DNA from: Pecten maximus
Taxonomy: Eukaryota
Length of the DNA stretch: 64,000 nucleotides
Assembly (NCBI RefSeq): GCF_902652985.1
Contig: NC_047021.1
Span: 33,108,001 to 33,172,000 of the forward strand
Direction: 5' to 3'
The position numbers were made by a program, and so were the translations under genes. The notes beneath the pieces were generated by a model, which saw only the letters and a program-made list of their open reading frames with translations, searched no databases and was not told the origin of the DNA. Positions 51,683 through 64,000 of this stretch are shown here, piece by piece (within the stretch, counting starts at the first letter, position 1; each line of letters opens with the position of its first letter).

Positions 51683-54600
51683 ATGGCGGCGTCGTTAATT
51701 TCTCGGCAAATACTATGCGACCGGGTTTTGTGCTCCAAGTTAGCACTATGCAAAAGGACACTATCTTTATCAAGCATCCTTTTCCAAAAGCCACCAGCAC
51801 CAGGCCAGAAAAAGGTATATATACGGGAAAAACCTCACTTAAATATTGGTACCATCGGGCACGTGGACCATGGAAAGACGACATTGACAGCCGCAATCAC
51901 CAAAGTCCTTTCACAAAAGAAGGCTGCAAAGTTCCTCAAATATGATGACATAGACCGAGCACCTGAAGAAAAGAAGCGCGGCATTACGATCAACACAGCT
52001 ACTGTGGAATACAATACAGAAAAACGTCATTATGGACATATAGATTGCCCGGGACACGCTGATTACATAAAAAACATGATCACAGGTAGGGGTCACGTCA
52101 CCTATTTTGACGGATCATAGAATCGTAGTTTTCTGTGAATTGTCATTTATGAAATCATGTCAATGTATACGCAACTCTAATTTTTATAAAGCAGAAACGG
52201 TTATTTTACCACTGATAAAAAATAACGAAGAAATTTTATCATTGAACTATTGTCGGTATATATATACCGTATATTATATATAATTCTACCATGTTTGCTA
52301 TGCAACACCAGTTTTGATTGGTTTAAAACCATGTGTTATTTGCCAGTAATCACTCTCGTGTCAATAATACACGCTCGTGAGCCACGGCTGTTACAATTCC
52401 CCCCTTCAAAATCGCGCATTTGTAAACGAACATGCATGAACAATTTCCATGACGAAAATGTTGCAATGGGAATATTTGAGCATGATACAACATCCAGGAC
52501 CAGAGGTCACTCACAGAAACTAAAGAAAAAACAATGCAAATTAGACATACGTAAATACTCCTTTCGATTTAGAATTATCAATGTATGGAAGTAACAGTCT
52601 ATCTGAAGATATTATAAACTCTGCAACAATAAGGGACTTTGAGATAGGCTTGGATAACCATTGGGCAAATCTGGAACTTAAATATAATCATTTAGCTAGT
52701 TACAGACTGGAACCCCGAAGTACTAACTAATGTTTAATTATGTATTATTATAAGATTCAAGATATGGATATATAGAGGCATACCAATGCCTGCGTCCATT
52801 AATTATCCTATTAAATCCTATTAAATGGCGGTGCCGAAACGTTTGAATGTCGGAGACCGTGTATTTTACAATGGAGAAAGCTCTTTGCCAGATTGTTAAT
52901 TTCTATCAACCCAGAACAGACTTTGCTAAACAATATGTTGTAAGGTCAATTTCCACAGGCAACCTTTGGAGAGCATTTCTACATGAATTGCTGGCCGACA
53001 TCCCCGAAAGTTTTCGTAACGTTGCCGTCAACTGGCTTGGAATTGACGTCAGCTTTTGAATATTCATTAGCACATGTGCCTTATCGTTTCTTGTTAATTG
53101 TAACAGCCATGTAGCGACACATTTCCCGGGGTTTCTTTGATGTTTTTCTATTAGGAAGAGGTAGATCTCATAACTAAACAGTACATGGTAGAATAGAAAT
53201 AATCAACTTTGACTCGTATATTGTTACAGGATATACAACTCGGACTCGGATATTTTGCAATTTTAATTAATAACGAAGGCCGCAGTGTTTTTGTTCCCAT
53301 TATTTTTCAACCTCCCATGGCTTTTGAATTGGGAAAATTCATCGACATTTTGAGAAATTTGGGAAAATACCAAATAGCAAAACAAACAGTACTGATTTTG
53401 TCAAATAAATTTATTAATACATAGTTCACCATGTTTTCAGCATTATTAAAGTAAACTTCACTTGCTACAAAAAGAACACATTATAAGCGGTCTAAAATCA
53501 TAATGTGCCCATAATATGCCATCATGGTGAGATATGACTTGTTGCTAGTAAAGTTTTGAATTCGTTGTTTTAATCCCTTGAAAAGATCAACAAGTTCCTC
53601 TAAATCAGTCAACAAAAGCTCCTTATTAAGGTGGCAAATCCTGGTTAGAACGAGTATTCATACCCTGCATGCACTGCACTCTGACAGGGTATAGAAATCC
53701 CTCCTACTCAGGCTACAGCCGATAGTGTAGCAAGCCCCGCACCGGGCAGTTGTATGTACACATATTTTTGAGAAGAATTTACATATCAATATATGATTTT
53801 GATAATTACTATCAGTATCCTAATTAATGTAACACTAAATTCTAACAAGACCTTCGTGTCTTTTTCAGTCGTTTGTGTAGTATTTGGTTTTACGATGTCT
53901 GCATCATTTTAGCGCTTGAAATCATGATCACTGACATCTATATTACAAAGCCTTTTAATGATCAAGATTGAAAAGAACAAAGATTGCATGCCTCTAGGCC
54001 TACAGGATGTTACATGTTTGAAGTGATAACTTTCATATTAGTTAGGTTTGGAAAATACTTTATTGCTTCGGAAATCGCGATGTTATTATTTACAAAATGT
54101 CAGAAAGTAGGTAAAAGAAACTATTATTTTTTCAACTTTATTAATTGGGAAACTACATTGAAATTTTGGGGGAAAATAACATTTTTGGCAATGGGGAAAC
54201 AGCCGATATTCCGCCGTAAAACAGGCCAAACAAAAGCACTGAGAACGAATATTCATACCCTGCCTACACTGCTCTCCAGCAGGGTATGAAGAATCGGGTA
54301 TGAGGTCCCTCCCATTGCCAATAGTGAGGAAGCCCTGATTATGATTTCTCAGATAAAAAACACATAAATTGATGATTCTGGTATCTATGTTATCAATATT
54401 CAATTCACAAACCTGTAAATTATTCCATTTCTTGGACAATAAACGGTTAAATCCAAAACGAAATCAGTTCAAACATACTGCCATCTTTGATACAAGTGTA
54501 AAGGTCAATTTCCCTATAAGAAAATCAAAATGAACCGATGCTAATTTTAATGGGATTTCCCGCGAGATTTCAACAGATAAAACAGATTCAGAGTTATATA

Positions 54601-57600
54601 CCTCGGTGAGCAAGGTCAAACATTCTGAAATTGAATAATTACACAAAGTAAGATGCACTTTCTTCACAACCCTTACAAAAAACTGGTTATATATCTCTGA
54701 TATTAAAATTTTTTGTTATCGTAGTAGCTTCATCCACATATGATACCAGGGATACAATATTCGGATTAGCATCCTCGTAAGAGTTCTCCTAGAAGTATCA
54801 TGGTGGATTACGGAGACAACTGCGAGTAGTATGAAAAGTTATGACCTAGAATAATTCAAAAATAAAATGATATTAGCATTATTTCAATTTAAGGGTGTAT
54901 TGAGAGAATCCATATACGATAATTACGACCAATCAAAAAGTTACTATCATATTATAGTCAACAGAGCGATATTTTCAACCAGAAGTTAGTCTGTCCGTTG
55001 TGATTGTAAGACGACTAATTGTAAGTGAAGATATTATAGAGCAAAAGAGAAAAGGTGATCAAGCATATACGAGAAAAAAATGATGAAGTAAAAGAAATTC
55101 TATTATTTAATATTAGAATAAACTTCGTCCAAATAACTACGATGTATCTTGTAAGCGGCGGTAAATTTCTACTTTCACTTTAGACTCTTTAGAAATAACG
55201 GTAAACTAAAATCAGGAAATTATAGCATGTTAACATTTTCTTGAATTAATTAAAAGAAATGGTAAACGAATTAGGGTCGATCATGATTCGCAAGTTTCTG
55301 ATCAAACATTTGTTCTGTTGCTCTCGTAAACAAACGGTCCCCGCGTGTTGTAGAAATGTAATCACTTGGCTATCACATGACCCGCAGTTAATGCAGAGTC
55401 GGCATTTCAGATACGAAAATAACACAATATAAACTAAACTTTTGCAACCATTATTCACATGAGCAGATATTTTTATGTGTCCTTTATTTATTTATGAAAA
55501 ATAAACATTTTGTATAGAAATCCGTCAATCCAACAAGGAATTTGCGACATCTGCATTTACAACGAACCATTTCCGGCGTCCCGCCAAACTTCATCAAATA
55601 AAATCAACCGAAAGCTAATTTTGATCACTGGAAAATCACTGGAAAGTGATCTCATGATCATTTACTTAAAAGTTGCTTGGTTTACACCAGAAGGATTTCG
55701 TGTTGTCATGTGAAGAAAATTTCAAAGATATATAGATCGATTGCCAATTGCACACGTGCTCATGGGATAACTTTACGACAAACGTGAGGCTCTATTCGGT
55801 CTTGTCAAAAGTTGTTTACATAAGTAAAACAACTATTGGAATGTGTGAATTTAACATTTCCATGTATGTGACGGTAGGCTAATTATGCATTGCTAAAATT
55901 ACGTTAGAAATTTTAATTATGCTAAATATTTCTCCAAAGATACACGACGTATGCTTTTTGTAGAATTTTCGAGGTTCATTGTTTTGCAGCAATATTGTCA
56001 TTGGAAGGGAATTGCAGCTCTGACAACGACCATCTGTCGGTCGTCCAGAGCTACGTTATCGCAGAGCTCTATTGTAGGGCCCGAGCGCTATACTATACAT
56101 GAAAACATCGAATTCTCTGACACCATTTATTTGGTGTTGATAAGATTTTGGTGTGTGTAAAATAACATTGGACGTGACATAAAACCTTTGTTACATATAT
56201 GGATAATTGAGGTATATTTAACCTAAAATACTCATTTAGTCCCACATGCATGGTTTATTAGGTCCGTATAGCCCGTTCCTTTATTCTGGTCAATATTTTT
56301 CAAACATTTTGGAGACCATAACTGATAAAAACTAAAACTAAGTGACAGAGAAAAGTTTTACCAGTCTGATACGATGGTCCAATGTCTTCAGCATATATAT
56401 ATATATACATTGTATATATATATACGTAGTATTGATTATAAAAAATGACTTTATAACATATTAGGACTTTTTCTGAGTGCTTTTTGGGGGCCATTAATGG
56501 GCCCCATTCCCAATTGGAATTATTTCATTTTAAAGCCAAATTCCCAAAATTTGCAGTTTACTCCTGAAAAATTCTTTCCCAATTCACCAATTTTCTTTCC
56601 AAAATGAGACAAAAGGCCCCATCCCAAACCAGTGAGAAAAAGCCCTGCATATACTTAACAATTTAATTTGTATAGTCTCTATTAAACTTAAAAAATTAAT
56701 TGGATTTTGGTATTGAACTTAAAAAATTATTGGATTTTGGCATATTATAAATCTATTTGATTATAAGCATCTTGTTCAGTTACTGATGCCAATGGAGTAG
56801 AAGTCAGCATTATGGTCAGGTATCTGACGGTGTGAATCATGTCCAGTCAGTGTCCTATAAGTTTAAGATGTGTATATACATGCATGTATATGTGGGTATA
56901 TAGAGATGGGATTAATTTTTGGTACTATTTTCCAGGAACTGCCCAGATGGACAGCTGTATTTTGGTGGTAGCAGCTACAGATGGAACTATGCCACAGACG
57001 AGGGAACATCTTCTGCTTGCTAAACAGATCGGTATCGAAAGACTAGTTGTCTTTATAAACAAGGCAGATGCAGCTGATGCTGAAATGATTGAGTTGGTGG
57101 AAATGGAAATAAGAGAAACACTCTCTGAGTTTGGATTTGATGGGGATAATACACCCATTGTTGTCGGGTCTGCTTTACAGGCTCTTGAAGGGGTTAATGA
57201 AGAACTCGGGGCTAAGAAAGTCAGAGAACTGCTTGATGCTGTTGATAGTTATATTCCTGATATGGTTCGAGACCTTGACAAAGATTTCCTTATGCCTGTT
57301 GAGTCTGTTTTTACCATTTCTGGACGTGGAACAGTCGTGTCTGGTCAAGTCATGCGTGGTGTTGTGCAGAAAGGAGACGAAGTTGAGCTTAAAGGCCATG
57401 GTATCACCATAAAGACACTGCTTACTGGTATTGAAATGTTCAATAAAAGTCTAGATAGAGCAGAGGCTGGAGACCAGCTTGGAGCACTTTTGCGTGGTCT
57501 GAAGAAGACTGATGCCAGGAAAGGAATGACTCTCTCCAAACCAGGAACCATTGTTTCAGCAAATAATATTACTGCAAAAGTTTACCTGTTAAGTCCTGAA

Positions 57601-57927
57601 GAAGGTGGAAAGAAGGCACCCTTTGTACATGGCAGTCAAGCTCAGATCTACAGTACAACATGGAGATGTCCAGTGTTCTTTCAATTGAATGAAAACAAGC
57701 CCATGTTGATGCCAGGAGAAGATGCTTCAGTTGATATTTATCTTCTGAAGAACATGTGTATGGATGTTGGACAGCGTTTCACCATCCGCGATTCCAACCT
57801 CACAACAGGGTACGGTGTGGTCACCGCTATTAATCCAGACGTAGACATGAAATCTTATCAGGGAGATAGGAGGAAGGTGAAATCAGCCAAGAAAAAGGAA
57901 TTGAAAAAGGCTGAACAAGGTCTATAA
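51683..57927 (+). CDS. TUFM: Mitochondrial elongation factor Tu, 464 aa
   Basis: Exons 51683-52085 and 56936-57927. Basic N-terminal presequence; [25 protein letters not shown] and GSAL motifs; domains II and III. Confidence 0.96.
52265..53250. mobile_element. Non-autonomous element with subterminal inverted repeat, host of the CR1 fragment
   Basis: attctaccatg (52283-52293) and catggtagaat (53184-53194). Superfamily uncertain. Confidence 0.4.
52461..52822 (+). mobile_element. CR1-clade LINE 3' fragment
   Basis: [30 protein letters not shown] matches the CR1 ORF2 C-terminus; frameshifted; tandem tcctattaaa tail; aaatg on both flanks. Confidence 0.8.
53283..54241. mobile_element. Non-autonomous DNA transposon, CAGTG-type TIR
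   Basis: cagtgtttttgtt/aacaaaagcactg ends and ttggga-rich subterminal motifs; no clear TSD. Confidence 0.45.
56462..56647. mobile_element. MITE, copy 2, 5-bp TSD catat
   Basis: taggactttttct...agaaaaagccctg; similar to 31851-32025. Confidence 0.75.
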
Positions 57928-59603
57928 CCACGCGAAATGGAAAAGACTTAAGCATTATCAGAATTGATCATATCTGTTTCCACAGAGTTTTGTGAATGGT
58001 CCAGTTCCAAGGGAGAGAAAGTATTTCAACTTGTACAGTTGAATCTTTATGAGGTTTTTTGGTTTAGTTGTCATGTATATTATATACACTGAAGGTTAAT
58101 TGAACACAATTTGCATGCACTACTGCTTTGGTTTCAGAAATTACTGTAGTATATATATTGTTTATGTGCATCGGATAACCCCACATATGTTCATTGTACA
58201 TGTGCTAACCTTGTGCTACAAAGTATACTTTATATATATATAGACTTGGTAATGAGAAACCAAGTGATTAATTACAGATCAAAGGAGGGACGGCCCGGAC
58301 AGATAGATTTAATCACCTGGAGATGATCAATGGTTTGAGAAAAGTCTTAATCGCAAAATTAGTTTATATGTTTGAGATATTCATTTGTAAATATCAAAGA
58401 CGATTTTGAAAGCTCCTGTTTCTGATCAAATAAGATGCCATTTTTTGCCATGTTGCATTATCAAAGCAGATGAAGTATATGTAGAAGCCCTCATGATCAG
58501 AAGACAGTGTTTGTATAACTGTGTAAGAGTATTCACAATTTTAGAAATCAAAATGGCCGGAATAGCTGTTTTCCACATTTTCAATGGTGATGCAAATTTA
58601 ATATTTACTTGATAAACTATAGCCATATCGATATGGTTTTCATTTTTTAGATATTCTTGAGAATGGTTCACAGGAGCTTTCCAAATTTCTGTCTGTCATG
58701 ATGTTTTCTGTACTGAGTGATAATTAAAAGAGTAAAGACAAGAAAATGTTTTTGTACTTTTTTTTCAATCCATCCAAATGTACAAATTTTATGAGAAAAG
58801 ATCATTTGAAAGTTTAAAAACAAAACTTCAACTAAAAACCATTGAAACCAGGGCAAAATATGAAATAGACTGGGAACCATGGTCTTCTCTGTCGATCAAC
58901 ATAATTTATGTCTTGTTTAATTTCCTTAAAACAGAACCAATAGTTGTGACATTGAAACTGCAAGAAATACCATTGAGCAAAACAAAAATTGAATAGCATA
59001 AACTTTAATTTATGCCCAATCCCATCATGATGGCCATAATAAAACAGTAAATTAGGTTACTCTGCATTATTTTGGTTTTGAACCAGTTTAAAGGACAACA
59101 CTGTGTATGTACATTACATAATCAGCTTTAAGTCCTGAAATAAATCACAGAAATGACTATATTCGGTTAAATAAGTCAGATCTGGACCTCTTTTGGCAGA
59201 AATCTTACAAAATTGTAATTCTACTGAATGACAGATAGTTATAAATTGTGTGTTGCATTCTTGGAAGGGATGCTGTCCAATTACCAATTGCAAATAAATG
59301 ACACTTACATACCTACAATGTACTTAGAATAATTGAATAACAAAGAGGTTGGTATTGCTGGTTGTTGGTCATCAACATTTGGAAATACAGGCAAACCTAT
59401 AGATTCCAGAGAAGTAATTCCATACTAAGAAAAGTTCCACTACCAATATTAAAAATTTGCGTGGACTTTAAATTTGATTGAAATACAATTTTCGAAAGGA
59501 TACAAAGTTATTGAGCTTGAGGTAGAAAATTTAGAAGTACACAAGTCGGACGTATTTGATGCTTGTTAATATGATTAGTGGTAACTTCTCTTAGGGTTAC
59601 TTA

Positions 59604-59690
59604 GGGGTCGCGGTGGCCGAGTAGTTATTAAAGGTGTACTGACACTTAATCACTAGCCCTCCACCTCTGGATTGCAAGTTCGAAACCCAC
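59604..59690 (+). mobile_element. tRNA-derived head of the 1278-family SINE; body replaced by satellite
   Basis: ggggtcgcggtggccgagtagtt...caagttcgaaacccac aligns with 1279-1361. Confidence 0.85.
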
Positions 59691-59693
59691 AAA

Positions 59694-62600
59694 CTGTCCA
59701 CTAGTACTGCCTAAGACCCGTAATGTGTCCTCTAGTATAAACTAAGACCCGTAATGTGTCCTCTAGTATAAACTTAGACCTGTAACGTGTCCTCTAGTAC
59801 TGACTAAGACCCGTAAAGTGTTCACTAGTATTGACTAAGACCCGTAAAGTGTTCACTAGTATTGACTAAGAACCATAACGTGTCCACCAGTATTGACTAA
59901 GACCCGTAACGTGTCCACTAGTATTGACTAACACCCGTAATGTGTCGTCTAGTATTGACTAAGACCCGTAACGTATCCTCTAGTATTAACTAAGACCTGT
60001 AACGTGTCCTCTAGTGTTGACTAAGACCTGTAACGTATCCTCTAGTACTGACTAAGACCCGAACGTGTCCACTAGTACTGACTAAGACCCGAACGTGTCC
60101 ACTAGTACTGACTAAGACCCGTAACGTTTCCACTAGTACTGATTAACACCCGTAACGTGTCCACTAGTACTGACTAAGACCCGTAACGTGTCCACTAGTA
60201 CTGACTAAGACCCGTAACATGTCCACTAGTACTGACTAAGACCCGTAACATGTCCACTAGTACTGACTAAGGCCCGTAACGTGTTCACTAGTATTGACTA
60301 AGACCCAAAACATGTCCACCAGTATTGCCTAAGACCCGTAACATGTCCACTAGTATTGACTAAGACCCGTAACATGTCCACTAGTATTGACTAAGACCCA
60401 TAACGTGTCCACTAATACTGACTAAGACCCGTAACGTGTCCACTAGTATTGACTAAGACCCGTAACGTATCCTCTATTACTGGCTTAGACCCTTAACGTG
60501 TCCTCTAGTATTGACTAACACCCGTAACGTGTCCACTAGTATTGACTAAGACCCGTAACATGTCCACTAGTATTGACTAAGGACCGTAACTTGTCATCTA
60601 GTATTGACTAAGACCCGTAACGTGTCCACTAGTACTGACTAAGACCCGTAACGTGTCCTCTATTACTGACTAAGACCCGTAACATGTCCACTAGTACTGA
60701 CTAAGACCCGTAACGTGTCCACAAGTATAAACTAAGACCCGTTGCATGTCCTCTAGTATTGACTAAGACCCGTAATGTGTCCACTAGTACTGACTAAGAC
60801 CCGTAACGTGTCCACTAGTATTGACTAAGACCCAAAACATGTCCACCAGTATTGCCTAATACCCGTTACATGTCCACTAGTATTGACTAAGGACCGTAAC
60901 TTGTCATCTATTATTGACTAAGACCCGTAACGTGTCCACTAGTACTGACTAAGACCCGTAACGTGTCCACTAGTACTGACTAAGACCCGTAACGTGTCCA
61001 CTAGTACTGACTAAGACCCGTAACGTGTCCTCTAGTACTGACTAAGACCCGTAACGTGTCCTCTATTACTGACTAAGACCCGTAACATGTCCACTAGTAC
61101 TGACTAAGACCCGTAACGTGTCCTCTAGTACTGACTAAGACCCGTAACGTGTCCTCTATTACTGACTAAGACCCGTAACGTGTCCACTAGTACTGACTAA
61201 GACCCGTAACGTGTCCACTAGTACTGACTAAGACCCGTAACGTGTCCACAAGTATGAACTAAGACCCGTTACATGTCCTCTAGTATTGACTAAGACCCGT
61301 AATGTGTCCACTAGTACTGACTAAGACCCGTAATGTGTCCACTAGTATTGACTTAGACCCGTAACGTGTCCACTAGTGTTGACTAAGACCCGTAATGTGT
61401 CCACTAGTACTGACTAAGACCCGTAACGTGTCCTCTAGTGTTGACTAAGACCCGTAATGTGTCCACTAGTATTGAATAAGACCCGTAACGTGTCCACTAG
61501 TATTGACTAAGACCCGTAACGTGTCCACTAGTATTGACTAAGACCCGAAACGTGTCCACTAGTATTGACTAAGACCCGTAACGTGTCCACTAGTATTGAC
61601 TAAGACCCGTAACGTGTCCACTAGTATTGACTAAGACCCGTAACGTGTCCACTAGTAATGACTAAGACCCGTAACGTGTCCACTAGTATTGACTAAGACC
61701 CGTAACGTGTCCTCTAGTATTGACTAAGACCCGTAACGTGTCCACTAGTATTGACTAAGACCCGTAACGTGTCCACTAGTATTGACTAAGACCCGTAACG
61801 TGTCCACTAGTATTGACTAAGACCCGTAACGTGTCCACTAGTATTGACTAAGACCCGTAACGTGTCCACTAGTAATGACTAAGACCCGTAACGTGTCCAC
61901 TAGTATTGACTAAGACCCGTAACGTGTCCACTAGTAATGACTAAGACCCGTAACGTGTCCACTAGTATTGACTAAGACCCGTAACATGTCCTCTAGTATT
62001 GACTAAGACCCGTAATATGTCCACTAGTACTGACTAAGACCCGTAACGTGTCCACTAGTATTGACTAAGACCCAAAACATGTCCACCAGTATTGCCTAAT
62101 ACCCGTAACATGTCCACTAGTATTGACTAAGGACCGTAACTTGTCATCTATTATTTACTAAGACCCGTAACGTGTCCACTAGTACTGACTAAGACCCGTA
62201 ACGTGTCCTCTATTACTGACTAAGACCCGTAACATGTCCACTAGTACTGACTAAGACCCGTAACGTGTCCACAAGTATGAACTAAGACCCGTTACATGTC
62301 CTCTAGTATTGACTAAGACCCGTAATGTGTCCACTAGTACTGACTAAGACCCGTAATGTGTCCACTAGTATTGACTAAGACCCGTAATGTGTCCACTAGT
62401 ATTGACTAAGACCCGTAACGTATCCTCTATTACTGGCTTAGACCCTTAACGTGTCCTCTAGTATTGACTAAGACCCGTAACGTGTCCACTAGTATTGACT
62501 AAGACCCGTAACATGTCCACTAGTATTGACTAAGACCCGTAACGTGTCCACTAGTATTGACTAAGACCCGTAACGTGTCCACTAGTATTGACTAAGACCC

Positions 62601-63045
62601 GTAACGTGTCCTCTAGTATTGACTAAGACCCGTAACGTGTCCACTAGTATTGACTAAGACCCGTAACGTGTCCACTAGTATTAACTAAGACCCGTAACGT
62701 GTCCTCTAGTATTGACTAAGACCCGTAACGTGTCCACTAGTATTGACTAAGACCCGTAACGTGTCCACTAGTATTGACTAAGACCCGTAACGTGTCCACT
62801 AGTAATGACTAAGACCCGTAACGTGTCCTCTAGTATTGACTAAGACCCGTAACGTGTCCACTAGTATTGACTAAGACCCGTAACGTGTCCACTAGTATTG
62901 ACTAAGACCCGTAACGTGTCCTCTAGTATTGACTAAGACCCGTAACGTGTCCTCTAGTATTGACTAAGACCCGTAACGTGTCCACTAGTATTGACTAAGA
63001 CCCGAAACATGTCCACTAGTATTGACTTAATTGACTAAGACTCGT
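59694..63045. repeat. 31-bp tandem satellite, ~108 copies
   Basis: Consensus gactaagacccgtaacgtgtccactagtatt; head-to-tail with no spacers. Confidence 0.97.
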
Positions 63046-63318
63046 ATGTTGTCCCACAATATGAACTAAAACCAATGTGACATGCAGGTTGACGGCAAAC
63101 CGCGGGGACTCCCAAGTCATGATTAAAGTAAACACAATGAGGATGGTCGGGAATGTGGACTATCTCGACCTTGGATTGTATATACTTGATAAGTTAAACT
63201 ACACAGTGTTGTATCCTTGTTAACACTAGATAATTTCTGTTCTAATCTCGGATGATAAACTATTGTCGCTTTACATTGTAGTAAAGCTAGTCATCACGAC
63301 GTCTCGTTTTATTCCAAA

Positions 63319-63505
63319 ATGGCGATGCACAGCGTGACAAAAGTATTTCTTGTGTGTCTCGTATTTACTGTTTTTTACCCAGAATCCAGTATTGCGTGCT
63401 TGGATGGAATGAATATTTTAAAATGTGTTGAATTTTATCAAGGTAAAGCGTTTCTACAATTTGTGAATAGTACTGGACTATGGGGTACACTCCTTCAAAG
63501 TAAAG
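63319..63505 (+). CDS. First coding exon of an unidentified, probably secreted Cys-containing protein
   Basis: Kozak-like aaaATGG, hydrophobic signal peptide (VFLVCLVFTVF..SSIA|C), strong donor AAAG|gtaagt at 63505/63506. Confidence 0.6.
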
Positions 63506-63606
63506 GTAAGTAATACATTATATTTTCTATTTTGTCAAAAGTATACTGTTAATTTTACGCGACAACTTTACTCGACATAGAATACCTAATACATCAATAT
63601 TTATTT

Positions 63607-64000
63607 TTAGCCCACCATCATCAGATGGTGGGCTATTCAAATCGCCCTGCGTCCGTGGTCCGTCGTCCGTCCCTCCGTCCGTCCGTCCCTCCGTCCGTCC
63701 GTCCGTCCGTCCGTAAACAATTCTTGTTATCGCTAATCCTCAGAAAGTACTGAAGGGATCTTTCTCAAATTGCATATTTAGGTTCCCCTTGGTGCCTAGT
63801 TATGCATATTGCATTTTGAGACCAATCGGAAAACAACATGGCCGACAGGCAGCCATCTTGGATTTTGACAATTGAAGTTTGTTATCGCTATTTCTCAGAA
63901 AGTACTGAAGGGATCTTTCTCAAATTGCATATGTAGGTTCCCCTTGGTGCCTAGTTATGCATATTGCATTTTGAGACCAATCGGAAAACAACATGGCCGA
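63607..64000 (+). mobile_element. HINE element of the same family as 9338-10380, cut by the window end
   Basis: Same 5' inverted repeat, (GTCC)n and 155-bp units (63726, 63881). Confidence 0.88.

Noticed and set aside
56839-56935. N-terminal part of the 362-aa ORF as coding
   Set aside because: Intronic; the EF-Tu frame resumes at the acceptor 56935/56936.
59591-59607. Interstitial telomeric repeat
   Set aside because: Only two non-adjacent TTAGGG, one overlapping the SINE start.
59694-63045. CRISPR array
   Set aside because: Units are head-to-tail with no unique spacers, there are no cas genes, and the context is eukaryotic.

Overview
Eukaryotic, AT-rich genomic DNA. The repeat families (Helentron-associated HINE-type elements, V-type tRNA-SINEs) suggest a bivalve mollusc; this is an inference. 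I reconstructed six complete spliced genes by hand: a divergent sepiapterin reductase-like SDR (-), a secreted DNase I-family nuclease (+, 8 coding exons), DCLRE1B/Apollo (-, single coding exon), MRPS33 (+), LRGUK (-, 16 coding exons, one U12-type intron) and mitochondrial EF-Tu/TUFM (+, 2 exons). A sushi-domain terminal exon lies at the left edge and the first exon of an unknown secreted protein at the right edge. DCLRE1B/MRPS33 and LRGUK/TUFM are two head-to-head pairs. Introns and intergenic DNA hold SINEs, HINEs with ~155-bp internal arrays, many MITEs, a CR1 fragment and minisatellites. The most unusual non-coding structure is a tRNA-SINE Pol III promoter head fused directly to a ~3.35-kb array of a 31-bp unit. 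The unit appears to derive from the SINE body, and there is no T4 terminator until 8 nt before the next gene's ATG. Also notable are a HINE carrying a phased G-quadruplex/GC-box array in the MRPS33 intron and a TSD-flanked poly(A) retroposon with a long hairpin. There is no CRISPR array or prokaryotic system. No database search was possible.
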